Of a stretch of DNA of 49,504 nt, positions 21,369 to 29,699 are shown in pieces; position 1 is the stretch's first letter, and each line of letters starts with the position of its first letter. Location: positions 1 to 49,504 of the forward strand of contig JBBAGE010000001.1 in NCBI GenBank assembly GCA_041655055.1, in the 5' to 3' direction. Below the pieces are notes generated by a model. It saw nothing but the letters and a program-made list of their open reading frames with translations, searched no databases and was not told the origin of the DNA. A program made the position numbers and the translations under genes. This DNA is from Paracoccaceae bacterium (GTDB lineage Bacteria > Pseudomonadota > Alphaproteobacteria > Rhodobacterales > Rhodobacteraceae).

Positions 21369-23633
21369 TCAGCCGTAATGGGCAACCGGCGTGCCGGCGA
21401 TGGCCGACATGTTCAAAAGCCCGCGCGCGGTGATCGATGATGTGACGATATGGGCGCGATTACCCATCCCCATCAGCAACGGCCCCACTTCCAGCCCGCC
21501 GGCCTTCATTTTCAGGATGTTGCGCACGCCCGAGGCCGCATCGGTATTGGCAAAGACCAGCACATTCGCCGGGCCGTTCAGCCGCCCATGCGGAAAAATC
21601 CGGTCGCGATGTTCGGGCGAAAGCGCGCTGTCGATATGCATTTCGCCCTCATATGCGAAATCGAGCGGCATGGCATCGAGGATCTCAAGCGCGGCGCGCA
21701 TCCGCTGGCCCGTATCGCAATCGAGATTGCCGAATTGCGACGAACTGCACAGCGCAATCTGCGGCACAAGGCCAAAGCGTTTCACGTGGCGCGCGGCAGC
21801 GATGACGGTTTCGGCGATCTGCGCGGGGGTGGGTTCGGCATGCACATGGGTATCGGCGATAAAAAGCGGCCCGTCTTGCAAGATGATCAGGCTGAGCGCG
21901 CCGACCGGATGCAGCCCGTCGCGCCCGAGTATCTGCCGGATCAGCGTCAGATGCGACAGGTATTCGCCCTGCGTGCCGCAGATCATGCTGTCGGCCTCGT
22001 CGCGGGCGACCATGACGGCGGCAATGGCGGTGGTATTGGTGCGCATCGTGGTGCGCGCGATATCGGGGGTCACGCCCTTGCGGGCCATGATTGCGTGATA
22101 GCTTTGCCAATACTCGCGAAAACGCGCATCCTGTTCGGGATTGACGATATCGATATCATCCTCGCGCAACGGCAGGCCGGCGCGCCCCGCGCGGGTCATG
22201 ATCACATCGGGCCGGCCGATCAGAATGGGCCGGTCGGTGGTTTCCTCGATCATCGCATAGGCGGCATGCAGCACGCGGGGATCTTCGCCTTCGGCAAAGA
22301 TGATGCGCCGCTTGGCCTGGGCTGCGGCGGCAAAGACCGGGCGCATGATCAGCGCGGATTTGAACACCGAACTATCAAGCTGTTCCTTGTAGGCGCGCAT
22401 ATCGCTTAGCGGTCTTGTGGCGACGCCGCTGGCGATCGCTGCGCGGGCTACGGCACTGGCGATCACCCCCATCAGGCGCGGATCAAAGGGCTTGGGGATC
22501 AGGTAATCGGGGCCAAAGGACAGCTTTTCGCCCTGATAGGCCTGGGCGGCCTCGGCGCTGGTGGAACTGCGGGCAAGGGCTGCCAGCGCGTCGATACAGG
22601 CAAGCTGCATCGCATCGTTGATATCGCGCGCGCCCACATCCAGCGCCCCGCGAAAGATAAAGGGAAAACACAGCACATTGTTGACCTGATTGGGAAAATC
22701 GCTACGGCCGGTCGCGATGATCGCATCGGGCACCACGGCGCGCACATCATCCGGCATGATTTCGGGCGTCGGATTGGCCAGCGCAAAGACGATCGGGCGC
22801 GGCGCCATGCGCGCCACCATATCGGGGGTTAACACGCCGGGACCGGACAGACCCAGAAAAAGATCCGCGCCATCGATCACATCGGCCAGATTGCGCGGGC
22901 CGCCCGGCTGGGCAAATTCGGCCTTTTGCGCCGTGGTATCGGCGCGGCCCGCATAGACCAGCCCGTCAAGATCGCACAGCCACACATTTTCGCGCCGCAC
23001 CCCCAGTTTCAGCAGCATGTTCAGACAGGCAATCCCCGCCGCGCCGCCGCCCGTGCTGACCACCTTGATATCGGCAAATGCCTTGCCCGCCACGCGCAAG
23101 GCATTGGTGGCCGCAGCGCCCACCACGATGGCGGTGCCGTGCTGATCATCGTGAAACACCGGAATCGCCATGCGTTCGCGGCAGATCTGTTCGACGATGA
23201 AACAATCGGGGGCCTTGATATCCTCAAGGTTGATGGCGCCAAAGGTGGGTTCCAGCGCGCAGATGATATCGGCCAGCTTATAGGGATCGGCTTCGTTCAG
23301 CTCGATATCGAAACAGTCGATATTGGCGAATTTCTTGAACAGAACGGCCTTGCCCTCCATCACCGGTTTGGCCGCAGCCGCGCCGATATTGCCAAGCCCC
23401 AGAACGGCGGTGCCATTGGTGACCACCGCCACCAGATTGCCGCGCGCGGTATAGCGGCTGGCCGTGGCCGGATCGGCATGGATTTCAAGGCTGGCTTCGG
23501 CCACACCGGGCGAATAGGCGCGGGCCAGATCGCGGCCATTGGCCAGGGGCTTGGTCGCGCGGATTTCCAGTTTGCCGGGCTTGGGAAATTCGTGGTAATC
23601 CAGCGCTGCCTGACGCAGGTTTTCGTTCTTCAT
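21369..23633 (-). CDS. maeB: NADP-dependent malic enzyme (malic enzyme + phosphotransacetylase-like domain)
   Basis: [20 protein letters not shown]...YSPGVA... is the malic enzyme N-domain, with the GAGAAG-type NAD(P) site ([11 protein letters not shown]). A roughly 330-aa PTA-like C-domain follows. The start is ATG 23633 or GTG 23660. Confidence 0.9.
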   Translation of the reverse strand: MKNENLRQAALDYHEFPKPGKLEIRATKPLANGRDLARAYSPGVAEASLEIHADPATASRYTARGNLVAVVTNGTAVLGLGNIGAAAAKPVMEGKAVLFKKFANIDCFDIELNEADPYKLADIICALEPTFGAINLEDIKAPDCFIVEQICRERMAIPVFHDDQHGTAIVVGAAATNALRVAGKAFADIKVVSTGGGAAGIACLNMLLKLGVRRENVWLCDLDGLVYAGRADTTAQKAEFAQPGGPRNLADVIDGADLFLGLSGPGVLTPDMVARMAPRPIVFALANPTPEIMPDDVRAVVPDAIIATGRSDFPNQVNNVLCFPFIFRGALDVGARDINDAMQLACIDALAALARSSTSAEAAQAYQGEKLSFGPDYLIPKPFDPRLMGVIASAVARAAIASGVATRPLSDMRAYKEQLDSSVFKSALIMRPVFAAAAQAKRRIIFAEGEDPRVLHAAYAMIEETTDRPILIGRPDVIMTRAGRAGLPLREDDIDIVNPEQDARFREYWQSYHAIMARKGVTPDIARTTMRTNTTAIAAVMVARDEADSMICGTQGEYLSHLTLIRQILGRDGLHPVGALSLIILQDGPLFIADTHVHAEPTPAQIAETVIAAARHVKRFGLVPQIALCSSSQFGNLDCDTGQRMRAALEILDAMPLDFAYEGEMHIDSALSPEHRDRIFPHGRLNGPANVLVFANTDAASGVRNILKMKAGGLEVGPLLMGMGNRAHIVTSSITARGLLNMSAIAGTPVAHYG

Positions 23634-23735
23634 TTCATCCACAAGACTGCCCTTTCCCACGACCCCTGACGCCTCGCTGTGGTTAGCGCCTTTGACGGGC
23701 GAAGGGCAAGGGCGGATGCGCCTGCGCGCCGCGCC

Positions 23736-24728
23736 TTAGTCCCCGCAAATACCCTGAAGCGCGACCCATTCGCCGTCGCTGATCAGCGGGCGGTGGGCGA
23801 CGGGAATGGGTGCGATATCTGCGCCGATGGCCGCGGCGAAGGGCGCGGGATCAAGGGCCGCATCGGCAAAACGGGCCGCAAGCCCTTCGGCATCTGGGGC
23901 AGGTGGCGGGACCTGCATCAATTCGGCGGCATAGGCGGTGATCGCCCCCTCGGGCAGGGCGCCGGTGGTCAGCAGCCGGAAACTTGCCACCGGCCCGGCG
24001 CTGCGCAGCAACCGTTCCAGCGGGTCAAGGCTGCGGGCGCGCAGATTCTCGGCCAGAATATATCCGGCGGTGACGGCAGGATCTTCGGGCTCTTCGATCA
24101 GCGCGCGGTTTAACATGATGATCCCGCCGGGCAGATGTTCGGATCGGGCAATCCCGCCCGACAACACCACGATTTCGCCCCGCCCCGCCCCCGGCAACAG
24201 CCGCGCACGCAGCCGTGCCAAAGCCCGGCTTGCCTGCGGGATTTCGCAGCGGGGGCCCGCGTTCTGGCGGATGACTGCCAGCACCGACTGGCCAATTTCC
24301 GCGTGTTTGGCCAAGGGCACCACGCTGACCGTATGGCGCACCAGCGCATCGGGCCCCCAAATCAGCCCCAGTGCGATCACCGCCGCCAGACCACTGCCGA
24401 GCAAGACATTGCGCAGCCGCCCCGAACGCGGGCGGGCGCGCGCGATCGCGCTATGCACCTTGCCAAGCGCGTCGATCATGGTTTCGTCATTCAGTTCCAG
24501 CGTTTCAAAGGCATCGGGGGCCGGGCGATAAAGCGCGGGCAGCGTGCCAGGCGGGCTGATGCGTTCGATCGCGGGCAGCGACCAATGCGCAAGCGCCACG
24601 CCGTTGTAATCGCTGAACACCAGCGTCGCATCCCCGATCGAGACAATGATATCGCGCCGCTGTGCATCGGGCGCAGCGCGCCACAGCCCCTGCACTTCAA
24701 GCCGCTGGTATTGTTTCAGCACCGTCAT
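23736..24728 (-). CDS. Hypothetical single-pass membrane protein; the C-terminal domain resembles an M48 peptidase fold without HExxH
   Basis: Start chosen at ATG 24728 (MTVLKQYQRLE). One TM segment (VLLGSGLAAVIALGLIWG). The segment HLPGGIIMLNRALIEEPEDPAVTAGYILAENLR resembles the M48 pattern xPGGxIxVxxGLL...ELAGVLAHExGH, but both His are absent. Confidence 0.5.
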   Translation of the reverse strand: MTVLKQYQRLEVQGLWRAAPDAQRRDIIVSIGDATLVFSDYNGVALAHWSLPAIERISPPGTLPALYRPAPDAFETLELNDETMIDALGKVHSAIARARPRSGRLRNVLLGSGLAAVIALGLIWGPDALVRHTVSVVPLAKHAEIGQSVLAVIRQNAGPRCEIPQASRALARLRARLLPGAGRGEIVVLSGGIARSEHLPGGIIMLNRALIEEPEDPAVTAGYILAENLRARSLDPLERLLRSAGPVASFRLLTTGALPEGAITAYAAELMQVPPPAPDAEGLAARFADAALDPAPFAAAIGADIAPIPVAHRPLISDGEWVALQGICGD

Positions 24729-24854
24729 GGGGGCCTGTATCTCTCGCTCGGTTGGCCCCATTCCAGAGGTCTTGGCGCCACGATAGCCGAGCGCAAGCGG
24801 CCCGACAATCACCCAGGCGCTGGCGTGAACGCGCAGGCCGCGATAAACATCCTC

Positions 24855-25505
24855 ATGATCATTTCGCGCGGGCGCCGCTATATATTCGTTCACATCCCCA
24901 AAACCGGGGGCACGGCGTTAAGCCTTGCGCTGGAATCGCGCGCCATGGCCGATGATATCCTGATCGGCGACACGCCCAAGGCGCGGCGCAGGCGTGGGCG
25001 GGTCAAACAATTGCAGGCGGCAGGCAGGCTTTGGAAACATGCGACGCTGGCCGATATAGGCGGGGTGGTGAGCGCGGCGGAAATGCGCGATTTCTATACG
25101 TTCACGCTGGTGCGCAACCCGTGGGACCGGATGGTGAGCTATTATCACTGGCTGCGCGCGCAGCGATTTGGCCACCCCGCAGTCACCCTTGCGACGCGGC
25201 TGGATTTCGGCGCCTTCGTGGCTCATCCGCAAACCGTGGCCAGCCTGCGCGCCGCGCCCTACGGGCAGTATATGCGCGATGGAACGGGGCAGGAATGCGC
25301 CACCCAATTCATACGGATCGAACATCTGGCCGATGAAATCGTCCCGTTTGAGCGGCATCTGGGGTTTTCACTTGGACATATCGAACCTGTGAACAAGTCC
25401 GCCCGCGCGCGCGATTATCGCGGCTATTACACCGACGATACGGCCGCGCTGATCGGCGATATTGCCGCGCCCGATATCGCGCGGTTCGGCTATCGCTTTG
25501 ACTAG
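24855..25505 (+). CDS. Sulfotransferase-family protein (PAPS-dependent, type-II/Sulfotransfer_2-like)
   Basis: The 5'-PSB-like motif is FVHIPKTGGTAL and the 3'-PB-like motif is LVRNPWDRMVSYY. About 216 aa. Only the last 216 codons of the 456-aa track ORF (24135-25505) are credible, because the upstream part is antisense to the neighbouring gene. Confidence 0.7.
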   Translation: MIISRGRRYIFVHIPKTGGTALSLALESRAMADDILIGDTPKARRRRGRVKQLQAAGRLWKHATLADIGGVVSAAEMRDFYTFTLVRNPWDRMVSYYHWLRAQRFGHPAVTLATRLDFGAFVAHPQTVASLRAAPYGQYMRDGTGQECATQFIRIEHLADEIVPFERHLGFSLGHIEPVNKSARARDYRGYYTDDTAALIGDIAAPDIARFGYRFD

Positions 25506-25714
25506 CGTTTGCGCGCGGGCAATTCGGCCTTGAACAGACGCAGGCGGTGGCTGAGATTATCGTGATCGGTGACGCTGTTGAAATGTTCAAACAGAAATGA
25601 AAGCGCCTCGCCTTCGTCCAGATCGGCCTCGTCTGCGAAACGTTTGAGCCGGCGATAGCCATCCTCGGTCATGGCGACGGGAAAGCGCCGGGTCAGGCGA
25701 AACCGCTTTGGCAT
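25502..25714 (-). CDS. Small hypothetical protein, possibly ribbon-helix-helix
   Basis: A 70-aa ORF from ATG 25714 with a good RBS (aaggag). RRFPVAMTEDGYRRLKRFADEADLDEGEALSFLFEHF has a strand-helix-helix pattern. It lies downstream of, and co-oriented with, the MerR gene. Confidence 0.4.
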   Translation of the reverse strand: MPKRFRLTRRFPVAMTEDGYRRLKRFADEADLDEGEALSFLFEHFNSVTDHDNLSHRLRLFKAELPARKR

Positions 25715-25767
25715 GGGCGCTCCTTTGGCCGAATGTGTGGCGCCATTCTGGGCCAGGCCGCCGATGA

Positions 25768-26175
25768 TCACAAGCGGCAACCCACCCGCAGGATCTGATC
25801 GGTCGCGGCCAGTTTCTTGTCGGCCAACTCAAGCTCTGCTTTCAGTTCGGCGATGGTTTCGGTCAGCGCTTCATGTTCCTTGACCAGTTCGGCCAGCCGC
25901 TCGCGCGCCATGTCGCGGCCGGCGCGCAACTGGCGTTGCCCCTGATCGGCGGGGTCGTAAAGATCGAGCCATTGACGGATATCTTCCAGCGCAAAGCCAT
26001 AGCGCTTGGCCCGCAAGATAAGCGTCAATCTTGCGCGATCACGGCGCGTGAACAGCCGCTTTTGCCCCACACGCAGCGGGAAAAGCAGCTCTTTGGCCTC
26101 ATAATACCGCAGGGTGCGCGGGGTAACGTCGAATAACTCACACATTTCACTGATGGTCATGTGCCGCTCAGTCAT
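25768..26175 (-). CDS. MerR-family transcriptional regulator
   Basis: MTISEMCELFDVTPRTLRYYEAKELLFP is the MerR winged-HTH signature. The C-terminus is coiled-coil. Start ambiguous (26187 GTG, 26175 ATG, 26160 ATG). Confidence 0.8.
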   Translation of the reverse strand: MTERHMTISEMCELFDVTPRTLRYYEAKELLFPLRVGQKRLFTRRDRARLTLILRAKRYGFALEDIRQWLDLYDPADQGQRQLRAGRDMARERLAELVKEHEALTETIAELKAELELADKKLAATDQILRVGCRL

Positions 26176-26257
26176 TGCAAGCCTCACTTGGGTGTATTGG
26201 CTAGCAAATGTTTACTGTGCGCCGGTTTTGCAAGCCAAAGTGACGCTGACGTGAAGC

Positions 26258-27316
26258 CTAACGCCAGTTGGCGTTATCCGCCCCCACGACATCGGCGACA
26301 TTGGCGATGCCGTCGCGTTCCAGCAGCTTATCGAGGTCGCGCGCGATCCGGGGCACCAGCGACAGCCCGGCATAGACCATGGCCGAATAAAGCTGCACGG
26401 CGCTGGCCCCGGCGCGGATTTTCGCATAGGCATCTTCGGCATTGCTGATGCCGCCCACACCGATCAGCGGCAGCTTGCCGCCGGTGGCGTGGTAAAGTTC
26501 GGCCAGAACCCGCGTTGAACGCGCGAACAGCGGCGCCCCCGAAAGCCCGCCCGCCTCATGCGCATGGGGCGATGTCAGCCCGTCGCGCGACAGGGTGGTG
26601 TTGGTGGCGATGATCGCGTCAATGCCCGCCGCAAGCGCGACGTCAGCGATTTCGTGGATTTCCGCAAGGCTTAAATCCGGCGCGATTTTCAGCATGACGG
26701 GGATCTTGCGTGCCAGCCCCGCACGCGCCTCCATCACGCCGGTCAGCAGGGCAGAAAGCGCCTCGGCCCCCTGCAATTCGCGCAGCTTTTCGGTGTTGGG
26801 CGAAGAAACATTGACCGTCACGAAATCCACATGCGGGCCGCAATGGGCAAGCACGCGGGCAAAGTCGCCGGCGCGGTCAGTGCTGGTCTTGTTCGCGCCC
26901 AGATTCAGCCCCACCGGGATCGTGCGCGCAAGCGGCGCAAGGCGGGCGGCAATGGCCTCCATCCCGTCGTTGTTGAACCCGAAACGGTTGATCACGGCGC
27001 GGTCATCGGTCAGTCGGAACAGGCGCGGGCGGGGATTGCCCGGCTGCGGTAGCGGCGTCGCGGCCCCGAGTTCGATAAACCCGAACCCCGCGCGCATCAA
27101 TTCGCGCGCGGCGGTGGCATTCTTGTCAAACCCCGCCGCAAGCCCCACCGGATTGGGCAGATCAAGCCCCGCGATCCGGGTTTGCAGCCGGGCCGAGCGG
27201 ATCGGGCCGGGCAGCGGCGCAAAACCCGCGCGTAGAAAAAGGATCGACAGCGCATGGGCGCGTTCGGGGTTCATGCGCAACAGGGCGCGCAGCCCGATCT
27301 GTTCGACAAGGCTCAT
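26258..27316 (-). CDS. pyrD: Dihydroorotate dehydrogenase (quinone), class 2
   Basis: [35 protein letters not shown] and the [25 protein letters not shown] motifs. Confidence 0.9.
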   Translation of the reverse strand: MSLVEQIGLRALLRMNPERAHALSILFLRAGFAPLPGPIRSARLQTRIAGLDLPNPVGLAAGFDKNATAARELMRAGFGFIELGAATPLPQPGNPRPRLFRLTDDRAVINRFGFNNDGMEAIAARLAPLARTIPVGLNLGANKTSTDRAGDFARVLAHCGPHVDFVTVNVSSPNTEKLRELQGAEALSALLTGVMEARAGLARKIPVMLKIAPDLSLAEIHEIADVALAAGIDAIIATNTTLSRDGLTSPHAHEAGGLSGAPLFARSTRVLAELYHATGGKLPLIGVGGISNAEDAYAKIRAGASAVQLYSAMVYAGLSLVPRIARDLDKLLERDGIANVADVVGADNANWR

Positions 27317-27654
27317 GCCACTGTTCCTTCGGGGAATTGATGCGCGCCATCGACCCAGGGCAGGGGTTGCGCCCAGAGCAGATCGGCCTGTAGCAACACG
27401 CGATAAAGATGCGGGAAATGCGCCCCGCCACGCGAAATTTCCCAGCGCAGCGCAGGCCCCATCGCGGCGCTGTCACAGGCCAGAAGCATCAATCCCTCGG
27501 CCCCGGCAAAATGCTTGCGTGCCGTTTCGGCAAGCTGCGCGCCGGTGGAAAAGTGCACGAACCCATCGGCCAGATCCACCGGCGCGCCGGGGGTTTCGCC
27601 GGTGGCCAGAAAATCGTGCCATTCATTGTCGCGAAAAATCTTGTAGATCAGCAT
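27313..27654 (-). CDS. DUF952-family protein
   Basis: [15 protein letters not shown]...[12 protein letters not shown]...FPHLY matches my memory of the DUF952 pattern. Its stop overlaps the pyrD start by 4 nt. Confidence 0.7.
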   Translation of the reverse strand: MLIYKIFRDNEWHDFLATGETPGAPVDLADGFVHFSTGAQLAETARKHFAGAEGLMLLACDSAAMGPALRWEISRGGAHFPHLYRVLLQADLLWAQPLPWVDGAHQFPEGTVA

Positions 27655-27738
27655 GAAACCCATGTGCCCTGTGCGGGCCAGCGGGTCAAGCGGGCGTTGG
27701 CGGCAAGGGGGCCAGGTCTGCCCCCTTGCGCCTTGTCA

Positions 27739-29013
27739 TTATTCGGGCCGGAAGGGCAGCATCGTTTCTTGATACAGCCGATCGACGAAGGGGCCGAAAT
27801 CCACCGCGTCGGGCGACCAGAATTCGATGAAATTGTTCCAGCCGGGATCAAGCTCGGCATAGCCCAATTCGGCAATGATCGCCTCCCATTTGTCCACATT
27901 TTCCATCAGACGGTTCACGACGTCTTCGGGGTCATTGAACACATTGCTGGTGCGGCTTTCTTCGAGCAGGGCCGCATTGGTCGCTTGCAGCATTTCCTCG
28001 GAGGCGTCGCTCAGTTGCAGCACCTCGCCACCGGAATCGGTGATTTCCTGCAACGATTCGGCAAGGGAATCGAAACCGGCAATGATGCTTTCCTCGATAA
28101 AGACCGTCTGCAGATCATAGAGCAGTTGCCGCGCCGCAAGGGGGATGTCCTCCCACAGCACCTGATCAAAGGCGTTGTTGGTGTTGGTCTGGCCGAACCC
28201 GCCTGCGTCATTCACGATATGAAACGGCGCCAGCGGCAAAATCCCCACGGTATCGGCGGTGGTGATATTGGTCAGCGCACATTCGACGATGCCGCGCTGC
28301 AACCCTTCGTAGATTTCATTAAAGGGCAGGGCCACGGCAGCGCCGCCAAGCCCCTGCACTTCGGTCCCATGCACCACGCCACCCGCGCGGATCTGAAGCC
28401 CCGCGAAATCGGCGGGTTCGGTTCTGGGCTGGCGGCAGAAAAAGCCGCTGGCGACGGCGCCATTGATGGTAAAGCCGGGCTCGACCCCATAGTTGCGCTG
28501 TTCTTCCCAGGCCTCGGGGGTGTGGTTGCCGGTATCCATCATCACGCCCCAGCTATGCAGCGTGCCTGCCAGAACCTGTCCGTTCACGACATGGGTCATG
28601 TCGATCAGGGCCGAGCCCACGGGGAAGTTCGACGGGTCATATTGAGCGATCACCGAAGCATAGCCCAGACGGCCATCGGCAATGGCCGCCTGCATCGCGC
28701 CCCGGATGATTGCCGCGCCATAGACAATTTCGGGCACGATCTTGCCGCCCGAATATTCCGTGACAGCGGCGGCATATTTTTCAAACCCGCGGCTTGAAAT
28801 ATCGCCCGGGCTGGCCTGGGATTGCATGATCAGCTCGACCGGCTCCATATCGGCAAGCGCTTCGATATAGGCCTCTTTGGGCGAGCCATGCGGGACGGAC
28901 ACATCCTGCGCGATTGCCGGTGCGGCAAAGGCTGCCCCTGCCAAACCGACCGTCAGGCCAGCCCTGACATTGCGCAGGGCCGTGCCGGCCCAAAGCTGTG
29001 AAATATAGGTCAT
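27739..29013 (-). CDS. Periplasmic solute-binding protein, TRAP DctP-like, with a long acidic C-terminal extension
   Basis: Signal peptide LTVGLAGAAFAAPAIAQD. The core segment FAGLQIRAGG...VQGLGGAAVALPFNEIYEGLQRGIVECALTN resembles the DctP pattern LKIRV...ALGAxPVxMxFxEVYxALQxGVVDG. Start at ATG 29013 with RBS gggagga. No DctQ/DctM genes are nearby. Confidence 0.55.
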   Translation of the reverse strand: MTYISQLWAGTALRNVRAGLTVGLAGAAFAAPAIAQDVSVPHGSPKEAYIEALADMEPVELIMQSQASPGDISSRGFEKYAAAVTEYSGGKIVPEIVYGAAIIRGAMQAAIADGRLGYASVIAQYDPSNFPVGSALIDMTHVVNGQVLAGTLHSWGVMMDTGNHTPEAWEEQRNYGVEPGFTINGAVASGFFCRQPRTEPADFAGLQIRAGGVVHGTEVQGLGGAAVALPFNEIYEGLQRGIVECALTNITTADTVGILPLAPFHIVNDAGGFGQTNTNNAFDQVLWEDIPLAARQLLYDLQTVFIEESIIAGFDSLAESLQEITDSGGEVLQLSDASEEMLQATNAALLEESRTSNVFNDPEDVVNRLMENVDKWEAIIAELGYAELDPGWNNFIEFWSPDAVDFGPFVDRLYQETMLPFRPE

Positions 29014-29699
29014 TGCGTCATGTTCCTCCCTGATTAAGACGCGATCATGCCGGGAATGCTGGCGTGGCATTTGTAAAAAACTTCTGAACACGCGAACGCA
29101 AGCGGACTCGGGCGCTTAGATCCCCAGTGATGCGGGGGTTACGGGTTAATCGGGCCGTGCAAACTCAGACGATCACGACGCAGGTTACAGCGCCTATGGC
29201 ATATTGCAACAAATTATCGGTGCGATTTGCGGGGCCCGATTTCGGGGCCATTGGCGCATCTGGCGGGAAAATGTTACCTTGATTCAACGTTTTATCTGGT
29301 GGTGCCTTGCCCGACGGCATCACCGCCGCTGTCGCGGTGGGCGGATCGTGCTGGCATCATCCGTCACTTTATCGTCGGATGCCTGATTTATCGCCTTGTT
29401 CGGGGCGAAACGGGCCGGGGCGGATATGGCGGGGCTTTGCGCGTTTGCGGGGTGACGCAGAGTTTCCTTGCCAAGTGGCAGATCACGGGCAATCATGTCT
29501 GTCATTCCCGGTGCGCCATGCTGGCGGGTTTTGCAAAGAACTTGGCGGGATTGTCAATCTGGCCGCGCAGAAGGCCACTTGTGCTTTAGTCCCGCGGTTA
29601 TATGGTTTCGATATATCTTGCAATCAGGTGTTCCGCAGATAACGTGACCACGTTTACCTGATGGAGCAGGTGAGAAAGAGGATTGGGAGGTCCTTACGC

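Noticed and set aside
19336-21378. 680-aa ORF on the plus strand opposite prpE
   Set aside because: It is an antisense shadow ORF of the AMP-forming CoA ligase gene. It has no motifs, and its Gly/Arg/His/Asp-rich low-complexity composition is typical of such frames.
24135-24854. N-terminal 240 codons of the 456-aa track ORF 24135-25505
   Set aside because: This part overlaps the minus-strand membrane protein gene in antisense and has shadow-frame composition. The sulfotransferase domain begins at the internal ATG 24855 (MIISRGRRYIFVHIPKTGGT).
29204-29642. Track ORFs of 60-120 aa inside the long 29014-29699 gap
   Set aside because: The frames overlap each other, and their peptides are rich in Cys, Arg and Trp. 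They have no RBS or family resemblance. The region is reported as non-coding in the findings instead.
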